52,214 nt of DNA from a virus (Duplodnaviria; Caudoviricetes): IMG/VR virus record IMGVR_UViG_3300025645_000104, positions 1 to 52,214 of that record, one strand, 5' to 3'. Position 1 is the first letter of the stretch. Every line of letters starts with the position of its first letter. The notes beneath the pieces were generated by a model. The model did no database searches, was not told the origin of the DNA, and saw only the letters and a program-made list of their open reading frames with translations. This document shows positions 25,416-34,636 of this stretch, piece after piece. The position numbers and the translations under genes are program-made.

Positions 25416-25896
25416 TATAACTAAACATGATATACAACAGGCAGAGATACTTGCTAAAGAAATGGGAGAATTAAAAAATTCTATAACAAAAGGACAGGGA
25501 AATATACATGGATTTTTAGGAGAAATAATTGTAGCTAAATTTTTAGATATAAAAATATCTAACACTTATGATTACGATATGATATTTAAGGATATAAAAA
25601 TAGATGTTAAAACTAAACGAGTAACTACTCCTCCTAGAGATTATTATGAGTGTTCAGTTGCTGCTCTTAATACTAAGCAACGCTGTAATATATATGTATT
25701 TACACGCATTTTAAAAGACAGGACTCAGGGATGGATATTAGGATATATAAATAAAGAAGACTATTTTAAAAAAGCTACCTTCCTTAAAAAAGGAGAAGTA
25801 GATCCTTCTAATAATTGGAAAGTTTCAACAGACTGTTATAACCTTCCAATAAAAGAATTAAATAACATAGAGGAGCTGTTAAGTGAAACACACTAA
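25402..25896 (+). CDS. PD-(D/E)XK nuclease-like protein
   Basis: GFLGE...YDYD...IDVKT; GTG start after GGAGG. Confidence 0.6.
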   Translation: MKHTDITKHDIQQAEILAKEMGELKNSITKGQGNIHGFLGEIIVAKFLDIKISNTYDYDMIFKDIKIDVKTKRVTTPPRDYYECSVAALNTKQRCNIYVFTRILKDRTQGWILGYINKEDYFKKATFLKKGEVDPSNNWKVSTDCYNLPIKELNNIEELLSETH

Positions 25897-26416
25897 TAAA
25901 GATTGTATTAAATGCGGAGTAAAATTAACAGACGATAATTGGTATATCGCTGCAAAAAAAATAAAAATGTATCAATGTTCTTCGTGTTATCAAAAAATCG
26001 CACTTAAGTTTTCAAAAAAAACAAATCCAGAAAGAATGTATGTTAACGGTAAGTATGTACCAAAAGACCATCCTTTATATAAAGCAGGCAGATATAAAAC
26101 TTTTGAAGGTGCAGCCTTCTCATCTTTATCTGGCTATGAAAAATCTAACGAAGGTTATGTATATGTTATAACTAATCCTTGTTGGAAAGGTTGGGTTAAA
26201 GTTGGTATGGCTATTGATGCAGAGGACAGATGTAAACAGTATCAAACCTCTAGTCCTTTTAGAGACTACGCATTAAGGTTTAAGAAATACTTTGACGATA
26301 GACGAAGTGCTGAACAACAAGCACATAAGAAAATAAAAAATATTTGTAAAGATAACAATGGAGAATGGTTTAAAGTTTCTATATCAGAAGCTAAAGAAAT
26401 CATACAGTCAATATGA
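25883..26416 (+). CDS. GIY-YIG (T5orf172-like) nuclease with N-terminal Zn finger
   Basis: CxxC...CxxC; GYVYVI...VKVG...R...QTSSP...GEWF. Confidence 0.8.
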   Translation: MKHTNKDCIKCGVKLTDDNWYIAAKKIKMYQCSSCYQKIALKFSKKTNPERMYVNGKYVPKDHPLYKAGRYKTFEGAAFSSLSGYEKSNEGYVYVITNPCWKGWVKVGMAIDAEDRCKQYQTSSPFRDYALRFKKYFDDRRSAEQQAHKKIKNICKDNNGEWFKVSISEAKEIIQSI

Positions 26417-27273
26417 AAAAACTAGATACGTTAGTAGAAGATATATACGACAAGCTATCTGTACTATCAGATGGTGAGTCACTAAACATAGACGATAAAA
26501 CTATTGATGCTTTTGGTGAGTCAATGAAAGAAGTTCTTTCTCATTGGGCTAACCCTAGACCAAGAGATAGTGGTACGTTACGCATGTCTAACATTGGTAA
26601 ACCTATGCGTCAGCTATGGTATGATATGCGTTCAGAAAGTAAGACAACTGAAAGAATTAAACCCTCTGTCTTTATTAAATTTCTATACGGACATCTACTT
26701 GAAGAGGTACTTCTGTTGTTAGTTAAGATAGCAGGACACAAAGTTACCGATGAACAAAAAGAAGTTTCTGTATCTGGTATTAAAGGACACATGGACTGCG
26801 TTATTGATGGTGAAGTAGTGGATATTAAGACAGCCTCTAGTTTCGCGTTTAAGAAGTTTTATAATAAAACCCTAGCCGAAGATGATATATTCGGTTATCT
26901 CCCTCAGTTGGCAGGCTACGAGGCTGCTATGGGTACAAACAAGGGTGGTTTCTTAGCCATGAACAAAGAGTCAGGTGAAATAGCATTATATAGACCTGAT
27001 TCTTTCGATAAACCTGACATAAAAAACAAAATAAAAACAGTTAAAAAACTTATAAAGGTAGACACACCACCTGATTTATGTTATAATCCTGTACCAGATG
27101 GAGCAGCAGGTAACATGAAGATAGGTAAAGGATGTACTTGGTGTAGACATAAGTTTGAATGTCATGCAGATGCTAACGAAGGCAAAGGATTACGAGTGTT
27201 CAAATATGCAGATAGATATTCTTATTTAACTAGAGTAGTAAAAGAACCTAGAGTATTGGAAGTTACTAAATGA
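26413..27273 (+). CDS. PD-(D/E)XK exonuclease (Cas4/RecB-like)
   Basis: GHMD...VDIKT, QLAGY, CTWCRHKFEC. Confidence 0.8.
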   Translation: MKKLDTLVEDIYDKLSVLSDGESLNIDDKTIDAFGESMKEVLSHWANPRPRDSGTLRMSNIGKPMRQLWYDMRSESKTTERIKPSVFIKFLYGHLLEEVLLLLVKIAGHKVTDEQKEVSVSGIKGHMDCVIDGEVVDIKTASSFAFKKFYNKTLAEDDIFGYLPQLAGYEAAMGTNKGGFLAMNKESGEIALYRPDSFDKPDIKNKIKTVKKLIKVDTPPDLCYNPVPDGAAGNMKIGKGCTWCRHKFECHADANEGKGLRVFKYADRYSYLTRVVKEPRVLEVTK

Positions 27274-27557
27274 ACGGAAGAAAAGCAAAAGCACTAAGAA
27301 AACGTAGTAAAGAACTATTAGTAGAATGGTTACGTTCTGTTGTTCCTGAAGGAGAAGATCTTACTAAGATACATACAGGAAACATACACGAGTTTATGCC
27401 TGCTGAAACACACATCTATGCTAATCGTAAGTTTTTATTAAGTGCTTATTCTTTACGTTGGTTTTATAAAAAATTAAAACGTAACCCTGATGCAACTTTA
27501 TACGAGTTACTAAACGAACAGAATGTAAAATCTAGTACTGGTCATTGGGTTATCTAA
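27270..27557 (+). CDS. Hypothetical protein
   Basis: ATGA-coupled ORF. Confidence 0.75.
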   Translation: MNGRKAKALRKRSKELLVEWLRSVVPEGEDLTKIHTGNIHEFMPAETHIYANRKFLLSAYSLRWFYKKLKRNPDATLYELLNEQNVKSSTGHWVI

Positions 27558-27970
27558 TGGCTAAAAGAAAACCTAGAAAAGTTAGACCAAGAGAAAAGAA
27601 CGTACCAAAAGGATACGATAGTAAGTGGGAGTACGAGTTGCATAAAGGTATATTAAATAACTGGAGTCATCACACTAACAAAGTACCTTATGTAGTAGAG
27701 CATACTTACGAACCTGACTTTGAAAAAGATAAAATTATTATAGAAGCAAAGGGTAGGTTCTGGGATCACGCTGAGTACAGTAAGTATTTGTGGATTAGAA
27801 AGTCATTACCACATACAATGGAACTTGTGTTTATATTTCAAAAGCCATACGCTCCAATGCCTGCTGCTAAGAAAAGAAAAGACGGAACAAAACGAACACA
27901 TGCTGAATGGGCTGAAGCAAATAATTTTAAATGGTATACTGAAGATACCTTACCGAAGGAGTGGAAGTAA
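27557..27970 (+). CDS. Endonuclease I / Holliday junction resolvase (T7 gp3-like)
   Basis: YDSKWE...YEPDF...IEAKGRF...WAEANNFKW. Confidence 0.85.
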   Translation: MAKRKPRKVRPREKNVPKGYDSKWEYELHKGILNNWSHHTNKVPYVVEHTYEPDFEKDKIIIEAKGRFWDHAEYSKYLWIRKSLPHTMELVFIFQKPYAPMPAAKKRKDGTKRTHAEWAEANNFKWYTEDTLPKEWK

Positions 27971-28263
27971 TGATTGATTATAAATTCAACGAACACAATA
28001 CAATAGAACAAATAAAAAGATACATAGATAAAACATACGAACAACACTATGCTTCTGGCAAACAGCAAGCAACAGAGATGGTTATAGATGCAGGACACGG
28101 AGATGGTTTCTGCATGGGTAACATTATAAAATATGCTATAAGGTATGGTAAGAAACCTGACTCTGTTACTGGAGAATATAAAAATCAAGGTGACTTGTTA
28201 AAGATTATACACTACGCTATTATAGCTCTACATTTATGGGTAGAGGATAAAACACATGATTAG
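27970..28263 (+). CDS. DUF3310 / T7 gp1.7-like protein (putative nucleotide kinase)
   Basis: HY...GFCMGNIIKYAIRYGKK...DLLKIIHY. Confidence 0.75.
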   Translation: MIDYKFNEHNTIEQIKRYIDKTYEQHYASGKQQATEMVIDAGHGDGFCMGNIIKYAIRYGKKPDSVTGEYKNQGDLLKIIHYAIIALHLWVEDKTHD

Positions 28264-28540
28264 CAGATTACTTTACATGATACCTTTTATAGGTATGTCT
28301 GTTGGCTGTTATTTTTTATTTAGTAATGACATCGCAGTAGCAAGTGTGTTAGCTTTGTTAGGAATATTACAAGCTAGTATTTGTTTAGGTTTTTTATTTT
28401 TACAAATGCTATTAGCAGGAATTGATGGAACACTAGAAGTAGAGGTACAACTATGGGATGCACTTATGCCTGTTGTTTTTCTTATGATAAGCTTTACTTC
28501 TTTTTTATATTTAACACTAAACATTTTACAAGAGACATAA
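28256..28540 (+). CDS. Small membrane protein (about 3 TM)
   Basis: Three hydrophobic segments, GAGG RBS. Confidence 0.7.
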   Translation: MISRLLYMIPFIGMSVGCYFLFSNDIAVASVLALLGILQASICLGFLFLQMLLAGIDGTLEVEVQLWDALMPVVFLMISFTSFLYLTLNILQET

Positions 28541-28541
28541 C

Positions 28542-30473
28542 ATGACACAAACAAACAACGCAGAGTTACCCACAAACTATCAACAATTTATACACCTTAG
28601 TAGATATGCAAGGTGGAACGAAGAACATCAACGTAGAGAAACATGGAGCGAAACTGTTTCTAGATATTTTGATTTCTTTGAAAATCATTTAATGAAGAAG
28701 CATAACTTAGACATCATTACATGGAACGGAACTAGAAAATATTTAGAAGAAGCTGTACTTAACTTAGATGTTATGCCAAGTATGCGAGCATTGATGTCAG
28801 CAGGTAAAGCATTAGAGCAAGATAACGTTGCAGGTTTTAACTGTAGCTATGTAGCTGTCGATAACGTCAGAGCCTTTGATGAAACGCTATACATACTTAT
28901 GTGTGGCACAGGTGTTGGCTTTAGTGTAGAGCGTCAGTATGTTAATCAACTTCCTGATCTACCTGAAGAACTATTCAATACAGATACAGTTATTAAGGTA
29001 GCTGATTCTAAGATTGGGTGGGCAAAATCCTACAAAGAACTACTCTCGTTACTATACGCAGGGCAGATTCCCACATGGGATGTGTCTAACATCAGACCTT
29101 ATGGTGCTAGACTTAAAACATTTGGTGGTCGTGCTAGTGGTCCTGCTCCACTTGAAGAGTTATTTAATTTTACTATCAACATATTCCGTGATGCTATTGC
29201 AAAAGGACAGCGTAAGCTTGTGTCCATAGACTGCCATGATTTGATGTGTAAGGTCGCAGAAGTCGTAGTCGTAGGGGGAGTAAGGCGAAGTGCTTTAATC
29301 TCTCTCAGCAACCTCTCAGACAATCGTATGCGCAATGCCAAGTCAGGTGCTTGGTGGGAAGACAATCAGCAGAGAGCGTTATCTAATAACTCAGTAGCAT
29401 ACACAGATGCTGCAGAAACTGGTGCGTTTATGCGTGAGTGGTTGTCTTTGTATGAGTCTAAAAGTGGTGAACGTGGTATGTTTAATCGTCAAGCTGCAGA
29501 AAAACAGGCAGCTAAGAACGGTAGACGAGAAGATTATGAACACTTTGGTTGTAATCCTTGTAGTGAGATTATTCTACGTAACAAACAGTTCTGTAATCTT
29601 ACTGAGGTTGTGGTTAGACCTGAAGATACAACAGCTACTCTTAAAGATAAAGTAGAACTTGCTACCATACTTGGTACGTTTCAAGCTACCTTAACAAACT
29701 TTAGATACTTGACAAGTAAATGGAAACAAAACACAGAAGAAGAATCGTTACTTGGAGTATCACTTACAGGTATCATGGACAATAACGATATGGTAACTGG
29801 AAATAATATAGATTTAGAATATCTTAAAAACTATTCAGTATCTGTTAATAAGTTATGGGCTAAGAAGCTAGGTATTCCCCACTCCGCAGCAATAACCTGT
29901 GTGAAACCTAGTGGAACAGTTAGTCAACTGGTCGATAGTGCTTCAGGTATTCACACTAGACATAGCCCATACTACCTACGTACTGTCAGAGCAGATAAGA
30001 AAGATCCGTTAGCTAAACTAATGGTAGACGCAGGTGTATATCACGAAGATGATCTTACTAAGCCAGAGCATACCTATGTGTTTTACTTCCCCATGAAGAG
30101 TCCTAAAGGCTCTCTCACAAGGAAGGACTTCACAGCTATACAACACTTAGACCTTTGGAAAGAGTATCAGGATAACTGGTGTGAGCATAAACCATCTGTT
30201 ACTATCTCAGTTAAAGAGAACGAGTGGTTAGACGTAGGTGCTTGGGTATATAAAAACTTTGATGATGTATCAGGTATCTCGTTCTTACCATACTCAGATC
30301 ACTCATACAAGCAAGCTCCTTATCAAGAGATTACTTATAACGAGTATCGTAAGTGGTTAAAGAAAACTACAGACGTAGTAGATTGGTCTAAGATAACAGA
30401 GTACGAAACAGAAGATAACACTGAGAACACTAAAGAGCTTGCGTGTAGCGCAGGTACTTGTGAGATTATTTAA
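28542..30473 (+). CDS. nrdJ: Class II (adenosylcobalamin-dependent) ribonucleotide reductase
   Basis: FNC, LMCGTGVGFS, NPCSEI, FCNL, TCVKPSGT, WCEHKPS, C-terminal CSAGTC; no beta-subunit gene nearby. Confidence 0.9.
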   Translation: MTQTNNAELPTNYQQFIHLSRYARWNEEHQRRETWSETVSRYFDFFENHLMKKHNLDIITWNGTRKYLEEAVLNLDVMPSMRALMSAGKALEQDNVAGFNCSYVAVDNVRAFDETLYILMCGTGVGFSVERQYVNQLPDLPEELFNTDTVIKVADSKIGWAKSYKELLSLLYAGQIPTWDVSNIRPYGARLKTFGGRASGPAPLEELFNFTINIFRDAIAKGQRKLVSIDCHDLMCKVAEVVVVGGVRRSALISLSNLSDNRMRNAKSGAWWEDNQQRALSNNSVAYTDAAETGAFMREWLSLYESKSGERGMFNRQAAEKQAAKNGRREDYEHFGCNPCSEIILRNKQFCNLTEVVVRPEDTTATLKDKVELATILGTFQATLTNFRYLTSKWKQNTEEESLLGVSLTGIMDNNDMVTGNNIDLEYLKNYSVSVNKLWAKKLGIPHSAAITCVKPSGTVSQLVDSASGIHTRHSPYYLRTVRADKKDPLAKLMVDAGVYHEDDLTKPEHTYVFYFPMKSPKGSLTRKDFTAIQHLDLWKEYQDNWCEHKPSVTISVKENEWLDVGAWVYKNFDDVSGISFLPYSDHSYKQAPYQEITYNEYRKWLKKTTDVVDWSKITEYETEDNTENTKELACSAGTCEII

Positions 30474-30474
30474 T

Positions 30475-30699
30475 ATGGAAAAGAAAACAGAAGCAAACTT
30501 AATAAGTTTTAAAGTACTTCTTAATCGTGACAATCAGCTAATAACAGAGATGTCTGTATTACCTGAAAAACATATTGATAAGTTATTTCATGTTGACGAA
30601 GCTTGGATCGTGCGTAATGTTATAAACAAAAGTAAAGACAAACTACATAACATGCACGATTATCTTCAATCAGAATTACAAGCTTTGCAAGAAATGTAA
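30475..30699 (+). CDS. Hypothetical protein, last gene of the plus arm
   Basis: ATG just after the nrdJ stop. Confidence 0.7.
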   Translation: MEKKTEANLISFKVLLNRDNQLITEMSVLPEKHIDKLFHVDEAWIVRNVINKSKDKLHNMHDYLQSELQALQEM

Positions 30700-30702
30700 A
30701 GG

Positions 30703-31809
30703 TTAACTTCCTTGTTTAATATTAATTACAGAGGAGCTGCCTCCGTTAGTAGTAACTCTGTTTACTTTACCTTCTTGTTCAATAGTTATACTGTATGAAC
30801 CATCTTTAGATACGTTCATCTCTAGTGTATCTTCTATAGATCTTAAGAACTTTAAGTTTGTGTCAGTAACAAAGGTACTAATCTGGGTGTCACCATCATA
30901 GCCTACTGCAGTACCTTTTACTCCATCTGCAGACAGAGCTTTGTTTGCTTTACCTAGCTCGTCAACTTCTTGTATGACATCAAGTAGATCTTCAAGGAAG
31001 TTACCTGCTAGGTAGTCTATGTCTAGCTCTGTATATTCTAAATCATCTTCAGCTAAATCATCCTGTTCTAGCTCGTCAAACTCTAAGAAGTCTACGTCTA
31101 ATAGATTATCTACAGCAGCAACTGATTCGTCTGTTTGAATCTCTTTAGTCTCTGGAGGATTTACAATGAGCATATTGTCAATCATATCTAGTGTTAGGTC
31201 TAGTATAACTGAAGGAGTTGGTGCAGTTTCAAAGTTGTATACTGTAGTAGCTTCATAGGCTTTGGTAAGGACTACCTGTCCTAGTGCTGTGTCTACAGTT
31301 ATCTCACCACTAGAGTTACCAAACTCATCAGGGAGTAGAATCACTAAAGTTTCTCCAGTTTCTTTAACAGTCAGTGTGAAATCTGTGCCTCTAATTCCAA
31401 TGGTAGCCGCATTGGTACGGATAGTAATATTATCTTTAGGTATACGTCTTTTAGTTTTAGAACTTATGAACCTGCCAGTACCTTTCACAAACGACAAAGC
31501 CATTGTAGATTTAGCTGGATCAGGATCAAACACAAACTTATCTATAGTTACATTGCTGTGTTCTGTTAGACGTATCGTTGTATCATCTCTAAACGTAACA
31601 CCCATTCTGCCTTGCGCAGTTTCTAGTTTGTCCATAGAGTTAAGCGAGAAATCAATCTCGCTCTCATAAGGTTTATCTCTTACTACTCTGGTGTTTCCGT
31701 TTAACTGTGTAATGCTTCCAATATCAACATCCAACGCTTGTGCCTTGATCGTCTTGGTTAATGCAAACTGTACCGTTAGAACCAGTAGAAGTAACTTTAA
31801 GCCAGTCAT
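30703..31809 (-). CDS. Secreted FecR-domain protein
   Basis: Signal peptide MTGLKLLLLVLTVQFA...AQA; DKLETAQGR...FRDDTTIRL...ATIGIRGTDF FecR signature; acidic linker. Confidence 0.8.
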   Translation of the reverse strand: MTGLKLLLLVLTVQFALTKTIKAQALDVDIGSITQLNGNTRVVRDKPYESEIDFSLNSMDKLETAQGRMGVTFRDDTTIRLTEHSNVTIDKFVFDPDPAKSTMALSFVKGTGRFISSKTKRRIPKDNITIRTNAATIGIRGTDFTLTVKETGETLVILLPDEFGNSSGEITVDTALGQVVLTKAYEATTVYNFETAPTPSVILDLTLDMIDNMLIVNPPETKEIQTDESVAAVDNLLDVDFLEFDELEQDDLAEDDLEYTELDIDYLAGNFLEDLLDVIQEVDELGKANKALSADGVKGTAVGYDGDTQISTFVTDTNLKFLRSIEDTLEMNVSKDGSYSITIEQEGKVNRVTTNGGSSSVINIKQGS

Positions 31810-32431
31810 TATCTTGTGTGCTTTGCTGATCCACATCGAAGGCTCTTGAGCTTCCTGTGTGTGTAAGGTGAAAATACCCCTGCGCATAACCGTCTCCATC
31901 ATAGTTTACTGTGTTACTGTCACCATCTATATTCATATAGTTAGTTGCTGAGTCTACATCAATGTCAGCGTTAATAGTATTACTAGAACCCTGTACAGTC
32001 CAATCTATATCTGCACCACTTGCTAAAGCTGCAGTAGCTAAATCAAGTGTGAAGGTGTTGGTACTGCCTGTCACTTGGACATTAACGTTAGAACCATCTG
32101 CGCCAAACGCATTGGTTGGATCCATCTTAGATGTAAACGTGTTAGTGTCACCATCAAAGTTAAAGTAACCAGTGTATGTATCTGCGTACATATCCCCTAA
32201 GAACTTGTTAGTATCTCCTATTTGATTTATATCTAATGTCATTGAGGTTCCATCAAGATCTAATGCAGTCATTGAACCTGCTACTGCAGTAAGACCACCT
32301 ATAATGTTACCACTACCTAATTGCTCAAGATCTATGTTAGCTGTAGCTCCTACTTGATCCACAAAGATCTCGTTGTCTGAAGCTAAAGTGCTAAACGATA
32401 CTAACACCAACAAGCTAATTAATTTATTCAT
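31724..32431 (-). CDS. Curlin-like secreted beta-repeat protein
   Basis: Sec signal peptide; repeated (Q/x)xGxxN units; adjacent to csgG. Confidence 0.65.
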   Translation of the reverse strand: MNKLISLLVLVSFSTLASDNEIFVDQVGATANIDLEQLGSGNIIGGLTAVAGSMTALDLDGTSMTLDINQIGDTNKFLGDMYADTYTGYFNFDGDTNTFTSKMDPTNAFGADGSNVNVQVTGSTNTFTLDLATAALASGADIDWTVQGSSNTINADIDVDSATNYMNIDGDSNTVNYDGDGYAQGYFHLTHTGSSRAFDVDQQSTQDNDWLKVTSTGSNGTVCINQDDQGTSVGC

Positions 32432-33275
32432 ATTTCCAATACCCCCTAGTAATTCCTACTTTTATTATTTCTAATACACCTGCCTCTATTGCTTTCTGCA
32501 GAGCTATAGCACTACTTTCGTTTGCTGCAATACCTCCTTCTGCTTCAATCAATTTTGTTCCTTCAGATATAAATCTAAATATATCCTGTGAAAGACTTGC
32601 CGATAACACACTCTTAGTTACCAATGTTTCAATCAATACTTCGCCTGTCGATACAGACACAAGACGTAATGAAATCGTAATCAAGTCTTCTCTATATTGT
32701 TTTGCAGATCCTAAACCTAACGCTCTTGCTCCTGTTCCTCCAGAATAAACATTAGCATCATAGCTTAGTACACCTCCTTGTATTATCAATCCTGCCAGTA
32801 ATAACGGTTTTACCGTGCTATCTTCGTCAAATGAATCTCTTGTAGATCTTATGAGCTGACGTTCTTTTGTCAAGCTGTCAAGTCCTACACGTTCTGCAAC
32901 TTGGAAAAACTTCCCATCTGCTGCGTGTTTTAAAGCCCTGATAAGAAATGCTTCAGGAGCTTGAGTAATTGCTGTACTAAATAAAGCAAACTGTCCGTTG
33001 CTTTTGCGCTGTCCTGTTTGATCTCTAAAGCTATTAGGATAGATAGCTATAACAGGCTTACGTTTTGCAGCAGGTATATTCTTTAGTTCTTCTGATTGTA
33101 AATCCATTATAGAAGAACTTTTAATTACTACATTAGGTATACCACTACCTTCTAATATATTACGTGAGGCACAACTAGAAAGTAAAGTCACCGATAGGCA
33201 CAGTAATATTAGTTGTACCACCTGTTTCGTCTGTAACTGTAAGCGTGATCGTATCTGCTTCAACAACGTATTCAA
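32424..33275 (-). CDS. csgG: CsgG-family outer-membrane secretion lipoprotein
   Basis: Lipobox LSSC; FRDQTGQRK, FSTAITQ, ERVGLDSLTKERQLIR, GGVLSYD. Confidence 0.9.
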   Translation of the reverse strand: MNTLLKQIRSRLQLQTKQVVQLILLCLSVTLLSSCASRNILEGSGIPNVVIKSSSIMDLQSEELKNIPAAKRKPVIAIYPNSFRDQTGQRKSNGQFALFSTAITQAPEAFLIRALKHAADGKFFQVAERVGLDSLTKERQLIRSTRDSFDEDSTVKPLLLAGLIIQGGVLSYDANVYSGGTGARALGLGSAKQYREDLITISLRLVSVSTGEVLIETLVTKSVLSASLSQDIFRFISEGTKLIEAEGGIAANESSAIALQKAIEAGVLEIIKVGITRGYWKYE

Positions 33276-33642
33276 TCGTATTTCCCTCTAAAGTTAATTT
33301 GCCTTCTTTCTGTGGTGTCTCTCCGAACAAAGACTCCACCATCTGTCGTGATAGCTGTGCATAGATACGACTTTCTAAGTTTCTTATAAATCTAGCAAGC
33401 GTTGTGTTGTCTGCTTCTCTAGCTAACTGATCTGTATAAGCTTTAATCTCTTCTTTAATTGTAGCTTTTCGAGTAGCTTCTTGGTTCTCAATAGTAAGGT
33501 AGTGGCTCGATGTATTTATTCCTGAGAAGCTAGGACTTTTAAAACTGTAGATTAATTGATCGGCTTTAATATGAGACACAAAAAAAATTATTAGTAACGT
33601 CCAACTAATAACTAAAAGTTCTTTATCTTTTTTTAGTTTCAT
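33175..33642 (-). CDS. csgF: CsgF-family curli assembly protein
   Basis: Signal peptide then LIYSFKSPSFSG (compare CsgF FQFRNPNFGG); directly upstream of csgG. Confidence 0.8.
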   Translation of the reverse strand: MKLKKDKELLVISWTLLIIFFVSHIKADQLIYSFKSPSFSGINTSSHYLTIENQEATRKATIKEEIKAYTDQLAREADNTTLARFIRNLESRIYAQLSRQMVESLFGETPQKEGKLTLEGNTIEYVVEADTITLTVTDETGGTTNITVPIGDFTF

Positions 33643-33880
33643 TTATTGTATTCTCTTTTTTAAGTTCTAGTACAGTATTTACTTTCTGCTGAAGTCTAAT
33701 CATATCTTGATCTAATAAACGTAACTGATCTGTAAGTCTTATAATAGTTACTTTCATCTCTTGTACAGCAGGATCTATTTTGTTGGTAATTGTTTGCCAC
33801 ACAAAGTATACAAAGTATCCTAGTCCTACGACCATTACTACAGGAAATCCGAAGTCTGATACTACTTGTACAATATCCAT
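33623..33880 (-). CDS. Single-TM plus coiled-coil protein (holin-like)
   Basis: DFGFP-TM followed by a heptad coil containing DMIR. Confidence 0.65.
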   Translation of the reverse strand: MDIVQVVSDFGFPVVMVVGLGYFVYFVWQTITNKIDPAVQEMKVTIIRLTDQLRLLDQDMIRLQQKVNTVLELKKENTINETKKR

Positions 33881-34062
33881 TACTTAAATTTCTTTTGTAT
33901 GTATTTTATCCCTGCGTATATTGATAAACCATAGATAGCAAATAGACTAAGCGATCCAAAGACTATAAAATAATCAGAAGGATAAAGATAGATAAGACCA
34001 AAAATACCCTCTACTGCTGCTTCTACGTCACCTATTGGTGCATAACTAATCTCTTCTTGCAT
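33880..34062 (-). CDS. Small membrane protein
   Basis: 60 aa, hydrophobic C-terminal half, coupled to neighbours. Confidence 0.6.
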   Translation of the reverse strand: MQEEISYAPIGDVEAAVEGIFGLIYLYPSDYFIVFGSLSLFAIYGLSIYAGIKYIQKKFK

Positions 34063-34342
34063 CTATACGTCCGTCCTCTACAAAATTTTCAGCTCTAGAT
34101 ATTCTATCAAGATCAGGTGATAAACCTAATGCACTACTAACACTAGTATCTATACGAATCATATCGTTATTCATAGTAGAAGCTCTGGTAATTAACATTT
34201 TTGAGATAGCCTGTACTGTTTGTATCTCACCTACTAAACCATCCATTAACTGTTTCATCACAAGGAATATAAAATAAGCCATAATAAGACCACCTGCTAC
34301 AGGTAATCCTAGTTCAGCTATTAGTCCAAAGATACTTTGCAC
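34046..34342 (-). CDS. Single-TM plus coiled-coil protein, likely paralog of 33623-33880
   Basis: ELGLP-TM...DMIR. Confidence 0.65.
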   Translation of the reverse strand: MQSIFGLIAELGLPVAGGLIMAYFIFLVMKQLMDGLVGEIQTVQAISKMLITRASTMNNDMIRIDTSVSSALGLSPDLDRISRAENFVEDGRIDARRD

Positions 34343-34345
34343 TTG

Positions 34346-34636
34346 TTACCACTTAACTTTATTAGCCCAATAAGCTGCAGACATTTTACCTTTCTTAATA
34401 TTCTTACCGTGTCTAGCTTTGAAAGATTTACGTTTCATCTTCATACGTCTTGACTCACCTGCTTTAGGTTTACCTGCGGTCTTAGCTCCTTTCTGTCCAA
34501 AGCGTATTGTTTTAATCTTATCGCCTTCTTTAGCTACAACAATATGAGATTTTTTAGGATGACTAGGTGTGCGTTTAGGCTTGTTAAATCCTGAGACACC
34601 TGCTCTCGCAAGTCTTGAATCTTTTTTCTTAGCCAT
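34346..34636 (-). CDS. Highly basic small protein
   Basis: K/R-rich; IRFGQ...SFKARH...SAAYWANKVKW. Confidence 0.8.
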   Translation of the reverse strand: MAKKKDSRLARAGVSGFNKPKRTPSHPKKSHIVVAKEGDKIKTIRFGQKGAKTAGKPKAGESRRMKMKRKSFKARHGKNIKKGKMSAAYWANKVKW

